64,000 nucleotides of DNA, taken from a virus. Lineage: Duplodnaviria; Caudoviricetes. The stretch lies in the IMG/VR virus record IMGVR_UViG_3300033073_000160, positions 51,910 through 115,909 of that record; one strand, written 5' to 3'. Position 1 is the stretch's first letter; each line of letters opens with the position of its first letter. The notes beneath the pieces were generated by a model, which was not told where the DNA came from, ran no database searches, and was given only the letters and a program-made list of their open reading frames with translations. A program made the position numbers and the translations under genes. This document shows positions 8,946-18,137 of this stretch, piece after piece.

Positions 8946-9230
8946 ATGAGCAGACCGAAACCAAAAGTGTTATTAGAGAACATTAATAAAAAGACTTACA
9001 AAGCCGAACAGATTTTGGAAGCAGATGCCATTTGGGCGGTCTTCTACAAGGGCGAACCTTTTAACTTAAAGTCATTTAATAGTCTCACCAGCTATCCCGG
9101 TCCTAAGTATAAGAAAGTATCTTTTAGTAACCCGGGTCATGCACACAATCTTGCCAAGAAATTAAATCTAACATTTGGATCACAGGATTTCCAAGTAGTT
9201 AAATTAACCCAAGGTGAAATTATAAAATGA
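8946..9230 (+). CDS. conserved phage hypothetical protein (basic)
   Basis: MSRPKP...GPKYKKVSFSNPGHAHNLAKKLN. Confidence 0.75.
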   Translation: MSRPKPKVLLENINKKTYKAEQILEADAIWAVFYKGEPFNLKSFNSLTSYPGPKYKKVSFSNPGHAHNLAKKLNLTFGSQDFQVVKLTQGEIIK

Positions 9231-9637
9231 TAGCCCGAGATACATTGACTAAAATATTTTTAGCACAATGGGGTAAGGGCACAGATGATACTAACGTAAA
9301 GTTATACTCGCGGACTTGGTGGCAGTCAACGAGGGTAGGTAAACAAAATGCCTATCGATTAAGCGAAGCAGGATTTGAATTCTTAACTACAGAATTAGAT
9401 CTTAAATGCTACGAAATTCCATTTACAGAACAAATTGAATTGAGTCCTCAAACTATTGTGTTTTTGGAAAGATACGTAGACTGCCCATATTTTTTAACTA
9501 GCCAAAGTATCACAGTATTCTCCGAACGAAAGAGCTTTGAGCTAATGTTGTTTTCAGACGACATTCGCCGATTTGGGCTAGTTAAAGCGATGACTGAACG
9601 CCAAAAAGAAATGGATAAGCTAGCCCAAAACTCCTAA
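9227..9637 (+). CDS. hypothetical protein
   Basis: ATGA coupling; YRLSEAGFEFL resembles a winged-helix wing. Confidence 0.7.
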   Translation: MIARDTLTKIFLAQWGKGTDDTNVKLYSRTWWQSTRVGKQNAYRLSEAGFEFLTTELDLKCYEIPFTEQIELSPQTIVFLERYVDCPYFLTSQSITVFSERKSFELMLFSDDIRRFGLVKAMTERQKEMDKLAQNS

Positions 9638-9645
9638 AAAAGTTG

Positions 9646-9674
9646 TTGACTGCGGTAGCAAAGATGTGTATAAT
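9646..9674 (+). promoter_or_regulatory. strong sigma70-type early promoter
   Basis: TTGACT-17 bp-TATAAT with TG dinucleotides upstream of the -10. Confidence 0.8.
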
Positions 9675-9717
9675 AGACACATAGACAGCAATTTTTAACT
9701 TTTTACACGGAGTATAT

Positions 9718-10806
9718 ATGAGTGAAGTTATTTCCCGCACAGTAGGCCCTAAGGGCGCCAAAAAAAGTCTGCGCAAGGCTTTTAAAAATAAACGCCCGGT
9801 GTTCCTGTGGGGGCCTCCCGGTATTGGTAAATCGGACATTATCAAGCAGTTGGGTGCAGAGCTTGACGCTCATGTAATTGACGTTCGTTTGTCTCTTTGG
9901 GAACCTACCGATATTAAAGGTATCCCGTATTTTGATAGCAATACAGGCAAAATGGTTTGGGCTCCTCCGCTTGAACTTCCTGATGCCGAGCTTGCATCCA
10001 AACATAAGCAAATTATCCTGTTCATGGATGAAATGAACTCTGCGGCACCTAGTGTGCAGGCGGCGGCTTATCAGTTGGTGCTGAATCGTCGTGTTGGCAC
10101 ATACGAGCTTCCAGACAATGTTGTAATGGTTGCCGCTGGTAACCGCGAAACTGACAAGGGTGTTACTTATCGTATGCCTGCTCCGTTGGCTAACCGTTTC
10201 GTTCACTTGGAAATGACAGTGGATTGGGATGACTACTTTGAGTGGGCTACTGAGCAGAAGATTCATAAGGACGTAGTTGGTTTCCTTACTTTCTCTAAGA
10301 AAGATCTATATGACTTTGATCCGAAGTCAAGCTCACGTGCATTTGCTACTCCTCGCTCTTGGTCGTTTGTTAGCGAGTTGCTTATTGACGACGACACTGA
10401 CACAGACACTCTTACTGACTTAGTTTCTGGTGCAATCGGTGAAGGTCTTGCTGTTAAGTTTATGGCTCACCGCAAAATTGCATCCAAAATGCCTAACCCA
10501 GAAGATATTCTGAGCGGCAAAGTTAAGAAGATGGATTCAAAAGAAATCTCTGCAATGTATTCTTTGACTGTTAGTCTGTGCTACGAACTCAAGGATTCAA
10601 ACGATAAGAAGGCTAAGAACTGGAACGATCAAGTTAACAACTTCTTCGAGTTCATTATGAACAACTTTGAAACTGAGTTAGTTATTATGGGCACTAAATT
10701 GGCGTTGTCTAGCTACAAACTGCCGCTGGATCCAGACGAGATTGCTTGTTTTGATGACTTCCATGCAAAATATGGCAAGTATATTTCGGCTGCAACTGAA
10801 AAATAA
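9718..10806 (+). CDS. MoxR-like AAA+ ATPase
   Basis: Walker A GPPGIGKS, Walker B ILFMDE, AAGN sensor 1, PAPLANRF Arg finger, TPRSW sensor 2. Confidence 0.92.
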   Translation: MSEVISRTVGPKGAKKSLRKAFKNKRPVFLWGPPGIGKSDIIKQLGAELDAHVIDVRLSLWEPTDIKGIPYFDSNTGKMVWAPPLELPDAELASKHKQIILFMDEMNSAAPSVQAAAYQLVLNRRVGTYELPDNVVMVAAGNRETDKGVTYRMPAPLANRFVHLEMTVDWDDYFEWATEQKIHKDVVGFLTFSKKDLYDFDPKSSSRAFATPRSWSFVSELLIDDDTDTDTLTDLVSGAIGEGLAVKFMAHRKIASKMPNPEDILSGKVKKMDSKEISAMYSLTVSLCYELKDSNDKKAKNWNDQVNNFFEFIMNNFETELVIMGTKLALSSYKLPLDPDEIACFDDFHAKYGKYISAATEK

Positions 10807-10822
10807 ATTGGTATAGCACCAT

Positions 10823-10851
10823 TTGACACCGCCCTGGGGCGGTGTTATACT
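10823..10851 (+). promoter_or_regulatory. sigma70 promoter with GC-rich inverted repeat in its spacer
   Basis: TTGACA-17 bp-TATACT. ACACCGCC-ctgg-GGCGGTGT at 10826-10845. Confidence 0.7.
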
Positions 10852-10878
10852 ATATACTATAGCAAATAAGGAATACAA

Positions 10879-12081
10879 ATGGCACACGCAGATCCAATTA
10901 TTGATAAAATTATTGTAGCACGAGTCGGCTTGCTACTTCGCCATCCATTCTTTGGCAATATGGCTACTCGCCTTAAAATTGCAGATGGCAGTGACTGGAC
11001 TACTACTGCGGCTACAGATGGTCGCACCATCTACTTCAATCGAGACTTCTTTAGTCCGTTGACTACTAAACAAATCGAATTCGTTATTGCACACGAAATT
11101 ATGCATAATGTGTTTGATCACTTGTCGCGTCGTGAAAGCCGTGACCCTAAACTGTTTAACATTGCTGCCGACTATTGTGTTAACGGACAGTTGGTGCGTG
11201 ACCGCATTGGCGACTTGCCTCCTAAAGAGCTTAAAATCTTCCACGATACCAAATACTACGGTAAAAGTGCAGAAGAAATTTATGACGAGTTGTATGATCA
11301 ATACGATGACGAGCAGTTGCAAGCACTAGGTCGCTTGCTCGATGACCACGTTGATTGGGGTAACAGCAACGGTCAAGACGGCAATGGACAAAACGGTAAT
11401 AAGCCTTCTTATACCAAAGAAGAACTTAAACAGATCCGTGACGAAATTCGCGAAGCTACTATGCAGGCAGCGCAGGCTGCTGGTGCAGGTAATGTTCCTG
11501 CAAACATTGCTCGAATGATTAAAGAGTTGACCGAGCCTAAAATGAACTGGCGTGAAATCTTGCGTCAGCAAATCCAAAGCACTATTCGCAACGACTTTAC
11601 ATTCCAACGTCCTAACCGTAAAGGTTGGCATATGAGTGCAATTTTGCCTGGTATGAATTATGACGAGACAATTGATATTTGTGTATCAATTGATATGTCA
11701 GGATCTATTGGTGACGAGCAGGCTAAAGATTTCCTAAGCGAAATCAAAGGCATTATGCAAGAGTATAAGGATTTTAAAATTAAACTCTGGTGCTTTGATA
11801 CTAGTGTATACAACGAGGCAGACTACGACGGCTACTCAATGGACGAGTTCGACGAGTATGAACCTCAAGGCGGTGGTGGCACCGAGTTCGATGCAAACTG
11901 GGAATACATGAAAGAACGTGATATTCAACCTAAAAAGTTTATCATGTTTACTGATGGTTACCCATACGGTAGCTGGGGCGATGAGAACTACTGCGATACT
12001 GTATTCATCATTCACGGAAACAACACGATTGTTCCGCCATTCGGTGAGTATGCTTACTACGACAATTCCGATGCAACTTGA
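10879..12081 (+). CDS. HEXXH metallopeptidase-like + VWA domain protein (DUF2201-type), MoxR partner
   Basis: TAATDG, AHEIMH, NIAADY, MIDAS DMSGS, GGGTEF and FTDG motifs. Confidence 0.88.
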   Translation: MAHADPIIDKIIVARVGLLLRHPFFGNMATRLKIADGSDWTTTAATDGRTIYFNRDFFSPLTTKQIEFVIAHEIMHNVFDHLSRRESRDPKLFNIAADYCVNGQLVRDRIGDLPPKELKIFHDTKYYGKSAEEIYDELYDQYDDEQLQALGRLLDDHVDWGNSNGQDGNGQNGNKPSYTKEELKQIRDEIREATMQAAQAAGAGNVPANIARMIKELTEPKMNWREILRQQIQSTIRNDFTFQRPNRKGWHMSAILPGMNYDETIDICVSIDMSGSIGDEQAKDFLSEIKGIMQEYKDFKIKLWCFDTSVYNEADYDGYSMDEFDEYEPQGGGGTEFDANWEYMKERDIQPKKFIMFTDGYPYGSWGDENYCDTVFIIHGNNTIVPPFGEYAYYDNSDAT

Positions 12082-12619
12082 TTTAGATTCATTTAGCAGT
12101 GGTCAAGTAGAAAGTAAGTTGTGGGCGGCCGAGCATTTAGAACAATGCATTAAACAACATAATATCGGCCCTCTAGATATGTATATTCTAGGGGGCTGGT
12201 ATGCCCTACTACATTTTATATTACAAATTAGACAACAAGTTACAATTAATAGTTGTAGGAGTTTTGATTTAGATCCGAGTGCGTGTTCTATGGCAAATGT
12301 TATTAATAATACTTGGGAATCTAAAAACTGGGCATTTAGAAGTTTTCCTCAAGATATTGAAACAATAGATTATCCCTTGCACGTTAACTGTGTAATTAAT
12401 ACGAGCACAGAACATATTAAATCAAACGAATGGTTTGATCGTATTCCTAAAGGCACCCTGTGCTTGATTCAGTCAAATGACCTAGTGCATATTGATCACA
12501 TTAATACAGTTACTAGCACCTCAGAACTAAAACAGAAATATAATCTTTCAGAGTATTATGTTGAAGATAGCAAAGCTATGGGCACATACACAAGATATAT
12601 GATTATAGGTAAGAAATAA
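12071..12619 (+). CDS. SAM-dependent methyltransferase-like protein
   Basis: Likely start 12071 (MQLDLDSFSSGQ). ILGGWYALL, SFDLDP and INTSTEH fit a Rossmann MTase pattern. Confidence 0.6.
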   Translation: MQLDLDSFSSGQVESKLWAAEHLEQCIKQHNIGPLDMYILGGWYALLHFILQIRQQVTINSCRSFDLDPSACSMANVINNTWESKNWAFRSFPQDIETIDYPLHVNCVINTSTEHIKSNEWFDRIPKGTLCLIQSNDLVHIDHINTVTSTSELKQKYNLSEYYVEDSKAMGTYTRYMIIGKK

Positions 12620-12906
12620 TGGCGTTAAAAAACGGAAAACCTAATGCTCTAAATTATTTTAATCTACGAAGAGTAGAATTTAGCGCACCACATTTTCGGT
12701 ATACAACAATAGACAAGTATAGTCCAAATTTAGTAAGATCGTTAGACGAATGGATTAAGCACAATCTCAACGGTCGATATTATATAGGGCAATCGCTAAC
12801 GCTAGACCATACAAACACAATAGTGTATATAACCAAGATTGGATTTGAAACTGAGAAAGAACTCAGTTTCTTCAAGATTGCCTGTCCTGTTTTAGAAACA
12901 AGATAA
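12619..12906 (+). CDS. hypothetical protein
   Basis: TAATG coupling. Confidence 0.7.
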   Translation: MALKNGKPNALNYFNLRRVEFSAPHFRYTTIDKYSPNLVRSLDEWIKHNLNGRYYIGQSLTLDHTNTIVYITKIGFETEKELSFFKIACPVLETR

Positions 12907-12937
12907 ATTATACTATAGTTTTCGATAAGGAGAATCT

Positions 12938-13156
12938 ATGACTGAACAAGTAGAACAAACACAAGCTCAAGCACCAGCTACAGAAGGTGCTGATTTAAAC
13001 ATTAACGACCTAAACGCAATGAAGGTTATTATTGATATTGCTAGCTCACGCGGTGCATTTAAACCAAACGAAATGGTAGCAGTAGGTCAAACATACACAA
13101 AACTAACTACCTTCTTAGAAAGCGTATCTAAGCAAGCCGAGGGGGCAAAACAATAA
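12938..13156 (+). CDS. hypothetical protein
   Basis: AAGGAG RBS; ATAAATT late-like box at 12903. Confidence 0.75.
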   Translation: MTEQVEQTQAQAPATEGADLNINDLNAMKVIIDIASSRGAFKPNEMVAVGQTYTKLTTFLESVSKQAEGAKQ

Positions 13157-13794
13157 TGGCTCAAGAAACCAAACACGTAGGTCGGATTGTTAAGACCGGT
13201 AAAAAATGTATTGTAGTTTTTAGAACGCTTCCTGGCGATTCTGACCGTTGCTTAATTGTTCCAACTGAAAATTTACCAGATAGTTATCATGATTCGCTCA
13301 TGAATTTAGTCGAAAGTAATGCAGGACAATATGCATATGAGTTCGGCGAAGTAATGGCTAGAACACAATTTCCAGACGGTAGTATTATGTTAGCGGCACT
13401 ACATGTCCAACAACGTATGGCTAGTGTAGGAACTAGTGAAGTTGAAATGATTCCTAGTCCAGGTGCTTCGATTATTCTATCAGAATTGAATCAGTTAATT
13501 GCAGAACAACGCGGTGTAACAGTTGGCGACTTAGCTATTAAAGCCCCGACTCCTAATCCAAACGTTGAAGTAACCGAAATTGGTTCGGCGCACGATATTA
13601 GCCCTAAAGTAGGTGAAGACTTACATAAGACTGTGGAAGAGCGTAAAGCAGAAGCAGTTAAGGATGCAACTCCTTTGTCGCCAGAAGACCAGGCTAAAAA
13701 GTTTCGTAGTGATGCAGATCGCCTAAGTAAAGAAGCAGCCGAATTACGTAGACAAGCTGAGGCACTAGTTCCAACTAAGAAAAAGGTAGCGTGA
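13156..13794 (+). CDS. conserved phage hypothetical protein
   Basis: TAATG coupling; C-terminal coiled coil. Confidence 0.75.
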   Translation: MAQETKHVGRIVKTGKKCIVVFRTLPGDSDRCLIVPTENLPDSYHDSLMNLVESNAGQYAYEFGEVMARTQFPDGSIMLAALHVQQRMASVGTSEVEMIPSPGASIILSELNQLIAEQRGVTVGDLAIKAPTPNPNVEVTEIGSAHDISPKVGEDLHKTVEERKAEAVKDATPLSPEDQAKKFRSDADRLSKEAAELRRQAEALVPTKKKVA

Positions 13795-14111
13795 CACAGG
13801 CAGGCAAGTCGCTCCCAAAAGATGTAATAGCGCACTGGCCTGAAGTATTTGGAGAAGTAAAACTTAATGTTCTACCCTTACGGTATCTTCATGCGGTGCT
13901 ATTAAATTTTAAAGACGGAAAAACTTGGGAAATAAAAATCACACGACAAGTCAGAAATGGTGGGTGGGAAGCCTTTGAAAAATCTATTTCTGAGTTGGTA
14001 AAGAGCTATGAAGAAAAACTCGATAATGTAGACTTTAAATTAGACACTAATCGAGTTAAGAAAGACATAGAAAAAAATACTGAACGTTTTTTAAATCGAA
14101 AGCTAAAATAA
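13791..14111 (+). CDS. hypothetical protein
   Basis: GTGA coupling. Confidence 0.7.
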   Translation: MTQAGKSLPKDVIAHWPEVFGEVKLNVLPLRYLHAVLLNFKDGKTWEIKITRQVRNGGWEAFEKSISELVKSYEEKLDNVDFKLDTNRVKKDIEKNTERFLNRKLK

Positions 14112-14115
14112 ATAT

Positions 14116-14799
14116 ATGAATGTTAAACTCCTTTCATACAGTCAGCCCACTGCAACATTCGCAGAGGCCGGAATTGACGATGCACAAGAACTCATCGCCT
14201 ATTGCGCCAGAGTCTCAAACCCAAGTAATCAGCTCAACACAGACACAAGTGAAAAACTTATCAAGTATCTCATTAAACACGCACACTGGAGTCCACTCGA
14301 AATGGTTTCAGCTTGCCTGGAAATTGAGACGACACGAGATATTGCAAGGCAGATCCTACGACACAGAAGTTTTAGTTTCCAAGAGTTCAGTCAGCGTTAC
14401 GCTGACCCAACAAAGGATCTCAGCTTTGTATTGCGAGAAGCAAGACTCCAAGACACCAAAAATAGACAAAATAGTGTAGCGTTAGATCTCACATCTGACG
14501 AGGGCAGGCGCCTTGCTTGGCAATGGGAAAACATTCAACAGGGCGTTATTGATAAAGCCAAGGAAGCATATGAATGGGCTGTTAGTCATGGCATTGCTAA
14601 GGAGCAAGCCCGAGCAGTTCTACCTGAAGGCAATACAGTTAGTCGTTTATATATGAACGGAACACTACGTTCGTGGATTCACTTTATTGAATTGCGCAGC
14701 GGTAATGGAACACAGTTAGAGCATCAAGAAGTTGCTATTGCATGTGCTAAAGTTATTGCTGAAATATTTCCAATGACCACTGATCTCGTAGCCAAGTAA
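14116..14799 (+). CDS. thyX: flavin-dependent thymidylate synthase
   Basis: HWSPLE, RQILRHRSFSFQEFSQRY signature, KEQARAVLP, QLEH. Confidence 0.96.
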   Translation: MNVKLLSYSQPTATFAEAGIDDAQELIAYCARVSNPSNQLNTDTSEKLIKYLIKHAHWSPLEMVSACLEIETTRDIARQILRHRSFSFQEFSQRYADPTKDLSFVLREARLQDTKNRQNSVALDLTSDEGRRLAWQWENIQQGVIDKAKEAYEWAVSHGIAKEQARAVLPEGNTVSRLYMNGTLRSWIHFIELRSGNGTQLEHQEVAIACAKVIAEIFPMTTDLVAK

Positions 14800-15778
14800 A
14801 GTCATTTATCTTACTCAATGCCTCCTTATTGGAGGCATTCTTTTGGCCGTAGTCTCTGCCGGCGAGTGCGCCTTTTAAGGCGTTTTTATCAGTTGTCTCA
14901 CTACACCATACGGCAAGACGTTCTTCTGTTTCTGCACTATCTTGTCTATCAATGACCTTACTGGCTAGTTTAGCACACTCTCTAAATGCACCCTTCCAAG
15001 CTTCAAATGGTGACGAAGCAAATTCAGTAGTGTTGCTAACTTCGTCCATTATCCTTATATTATGACTTAGACTAGTAGTCACGTCAACACTAGCATCTCT
15101 GTTAAAAAATAAATGTTTAGGTAATAATTTTATGCCACCATATCCATACTCTAAACCGTTTAACGGATTACGGCTTTTCCATATATGAACTGCATCAAAA
15201 TGATCTAAACTAACTTCATACGTAAATTTAAAACTATCTAGTATAACTGCATCTGCATCTACTACCCACATAAAACTTGTAGCACAGGCAAGAGCAGCCT
15301 GTTTGTGGGCTTTAAAAATTCCATCAACCATATCTATACGATTAGCATGTGGAACTTTATTTTTTAATTTTTTCCAATTGTCGTCGGCGTATGTTTCACC
15401 GTAACTAATAAAGAAAACATCATAACACACTGGAGTCTTTAAATACCTAGATGCAACTAACGGCCTTGCTGTTTCAAAATCTAAAGAACGTTTAGTAGGA
15501 ACTAAAAATATTCTGTTCTGCTGTTGATCTTCAAGATAAAATATACTAGTTAAAAAACTAGGAACTATTTTTAAAAAATTAAAATCTAATGTTTGTATTG
15601 TTGGAATAATCCAACACATCTTTGTTCTAACTGTTTTTGAGTGGGTTTGAAATATAGTTAAAAAATCTACATGAGTAGGTTCAACAACTACTCTTTTAGA
15701 TAATGGAAATTTTTGTTTTGCACTTTCTAATGCACTATCTGGCCAATCTGTTTGATGGTAAAATATAATATCATACAT
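14753..15778 (-). CDS. GT-A fold glycosyltransferase-like protein (pair 2)
   Basis: WVVDADA DxD motif. Paralogous to 15778..16701. Confidence 0.7.
   Translation of the reverse strand: MYDIIFYHQTDWPDSALESAKQKFPLSKRVVVEPTHVDFLTIFQTHSKTVRTKMCWIIPTIQTLDFNFLKIVPSFLTSIFYLEDQQQNRIFLVPTKRSLDFETARPLVASRYLKTPVCYDVFFISYGETYADDNWKKLKNKVPHANRIDMVDGIFKAHKQAALACATSFMWVVDADAVILDSFKFTYEVSLDHFDAVHIWKSRNPLNGLEYGYGGIKLLPKHLFFNRDASVDVTTSLSHNIRIMDEVSNTTEFASSPFEAWKGAFRECAKLASKVIDRQDSAETEERLAVWCSETTDKNALKGALAGRDYGQKNASNKEALSKINDFTWLRDQWSLEIFQQ
14817..14844 (+). terminator. intrinsic terminator after thyX, embedded in the opposite-strand CDS
   Basis: AATGCCTCC-ttatt-GGAGGCATT followed by CTTTT. Confidence 0.7.
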
Positions 15779-16701
15779 TACTCTTTATCCAATACGTTAT
15801 TAGAAATCCTAGTTTGATCTGCGTGGACATGTCTAAAAAATCGACTTGCACTTTCGTCTAGTATTGATAGCGGAATATCTAATTGAGGACTAATTTTATC
15901 ACCTAAGTCTTTAATATGTTCTAGTAAGTTTTCTTCTGTAATCTTATCAACTACTAGCTCTTCCCATAAAGTTCCTAAGTATTCAAAATCTCGAACTTGA
16001 ACGTAGTCCCAGTCAGTGCAGTTTGTCATCCAACAACCTTGTCTAGCACCTAAAATTGCCCATAGACCGTTTTTAACATCTGCGCCTACATTCATCCAAA
16101 TTAATAAACGATGTAAATTTTTCCAATGCACCTGACGTTTAAAGTTAGTGTGTTTAACTCTAACGCCTCGATCTAAACTCATTTTAACGCCTTCGCGGAA
16201 TCCTGCTCTCCACGCTTGGTATGGGCTAGCGTTATTGTAAACGTCACTGAAACAACTGTTCATTTGAATGTATTCGGCGTCCCAGCAAAAATCAACTTGA
16301 GCGTTAGGATCATCTGCCGGAGCATTCTCGTGTGTTCTCATATTGAGCACATACTCTTTTGGCCACAATTTTAAACCGCCGTTTCCATACATCAGCCCGT
16401 TAATAACATTATGGCCACACCAACTAACTACACACTTGCTTAGATCTTTATTTGCTTCAAAGTCTAACTCTTGATTAAAGAATGCCTCGTGAACAATGTT
16501 ATCACCGTCTACTGTAACAAATCGGTCTGTTTCACTTAATTCAGCGCAGGCTTTGTGTGCAGCATCACTACCCTTGACACCATGCACACGTTTTGCCCAG
16601 GGCACCTTGTTTAATAAGTCAGCATAGTTTTTTTCAGCGTTCGGTTCATCGTAGCTGAGATAGATAATATCACAATCAATAATTTTAAATTTTTGACTCA
16701 T
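15778..16701 (-). CDS. GT-A fold glycosyltransferase-like protein (pair 2)
   Basis: LSYDEPNAEKN, VTVDGDN, NGLMYGNGGLKLW motifs. Confidence 0.72.
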   Translation of the reverse strand: MSQKFKIIDCDIIYLSYDEPNAEKNYADLLNKVPWAKRVHGVKGSDAAHKACAELSETDRFVTVDGDNIVHEAFFNQELDFEANKDLSKCVVSWCGHNVINGLMYGNGGLKLWPKEYVLNMRTHENAPADDPNAQVDFCWDAEYIQMNSCFSDVYNNASPYQAWRAGFREGVKMSLDRGVRVKHTNFKRQVHWKNLHRLLIWMNVGADVKNGLWAILGARQGCWMTNCTDWDYVQVRDFEYLGTLWEELVVDKITEENLLEHIKDLGDKISPQLDIPLSILDESASRFFRHVHADQTRISNNVLDKE

Positions 16702-17314
16702 TTAATGTTTTAATCCCGTAGGTGTCGAAGAAGTGTTTAGTTAGAATTGTTATGGCACCGCTTTTTCCTTCGATGTCATGCTCGTGCGGTATGAAATGTT
16801 TTGTGTTTTTAATTAATTCATCTAACTTAAACGATATAGTTCTAACATGAAAATTTTTATTTTTTTCTACGTATAGATAGAAGTCTAACGTAACATCAAG
16901 GTCTTGTTTAGATAACTTACGAACTACATCCGGACGCAATACAAATCCCCAATGTTTAGTATCAAGGTGGTTTTCAATGATTAGTGAAAAGTCAGCAGTG
17001 GCCGGGGGAACAATGGCTAGTGCATTAAAATTAATGTCTGTTCGAAGTTCCTCGTTCACGTTAATCATTATTAAATCATTTTTTTCTAAAATAATTTTAA
17101 AGTGATTAAAATTCTGCGTCCCTTCTAAAAACGGACGAACCTCGTGATATGGCATTTTGATAAATGTTTCTAAATCTGAACGAAGTTCGTTAGTCATGCA
17201 AATAATAGCACCAGTTGTTTTATCAAAATAAACAAAGTAGTCGTTGCTAAATGTTCCAACAGCATGTGCTTGTGCTAATTCATCTTCTGTTAGGTATTCA
17301 ATCTCTTCTGACAT
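16685..17314 (-). CDS. hypothetical protein in glycosyltransferase cluster
   Basis: Overlaps both neighbours; GGGG RBS. Confidence 0.7.
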   Translation of the reverse strand: MSEEIEYLTEDELAQAHAVGTFSNDYFVYFDKTTGAIICMTNELRSDLETFIKMPYHEVRPFLEGTQNFNHFKIILEKNDLIMINVNEELRTDINFNALAIVPPATADFSLIIENHLDTKHWGFVLRPDVVRKLSKQDLDVTLDFYLYVEKNKNFHVRTISFKLDELIKNTKHFIPHEHDIEGKSGAITILTKHFFDTYGIKTLNESKI

Positions 17315-18137
17315 TTTTACCCCCTAATGATGTAATAATAGCATTAGTTAGAAATGTATCAGTTACATAATGAAAGACGCCACGTTGTAACATATTAGAA
17401 ACCATTAACTGATTGTCTCCGTTAATATAGCAATCCAACACGTTAGTCCAAGTGCTCGGAATTGGGTCAATATTTTGAATATTAGACTTCATATGCACAA
17501 AATTAAAATCAACAGTTGGATGTATTACTTGTTCTTCTATACCTAATATTTTTACTGCAATAGCAGCACTAACATCCATGCTAACCCATTTTTGTTTATT
17601 CTTAGGTGCAATATCAAAATAGACACGTTCCCAGTTTGCAACTACAAACGCTAACACATTATAGAAATCTAAAGCAGGTTGATTCTTTTTAAAATAGTGT
17701 AGACCGAAGTAAACATTTGGCAGTTGATTTTCAGTAAACATCTTACGATTAACATGGTTTGTTACAACATTGCCTTTAAAATCTAACACATTACTTGCAA
17801 AAAATACATCATAGTTTGATAGCTGATCCCATAGACTATCAAACGATCTAAAAACTAACATGTCACTATCAAAAACTATTGTTTCGTCATAAGGAGTTAC
17901 ATGATATAATTTCCAACGATTTTCGACTTTCCATACACTATCGCTTGCTTGGTCGTCGCCGGGGATAGGGATAATTTTATCAAATACTTCTTTATACTCG
18001 TCTGGCACTGGATCATTAGTAACTAAGCTAACAAGGCAACTATCTTGGCTTTTGTGTAAACTAAGTGCAAGTGCATATGCTTGTCTTACATAATCAATAT
18101 CTTCACTATTTTGTGCTAATACCAAAAAGCCTTTCAT
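17298..18137 (-). CDS. nucleotide-diphospho-sugar transferase, GT8-like (pair 1)
   Basis: TPYDETIVFDSDML DxD motif; C-terminal HMK and FHY. Confidence 0.72.
   Translation of the reverse strand: MKGFLVLAQNSEDIDYVRQAYALALSLHKSQDSCLVSLVTNDPVPDEYKEVFDKIIPIPGDDQASDSVWKVENRWKLYHVTPYDETIVFDSDMLVFRSFDSLWDQLSNYDVFFASNVLDFKGNVVTNHVNRKMFTENQLPNVYFGLHYFKKNQPALDFYNVLAFVVANWERVYFDIAPKNKQKWVSMDVSAAIAVKILGIEEQVIHPTVDFNFVHMKSNIQNIDPIPSTWTNVLDCYINGDNQLMVSNMLQRGVFHYVTDTFLTNAIITSLGGKNVRRD

Noticed and set aside
11918-12070. Long N-terminal extensions in the ORF track (11918, 4141, 8106, 42, 63014)
   Set aside because: They overlap upstream genes extensively. Downstream ATGs coupled to upstream stop codons are more plausible starts.
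14108-14114. ATAAATA immediately before thyX as a late promoter
   Set aside because: Only 1 nt from the ATG, so transcription would start inside the CDS. It overlaps the upstream TAA and is probably coincidental.
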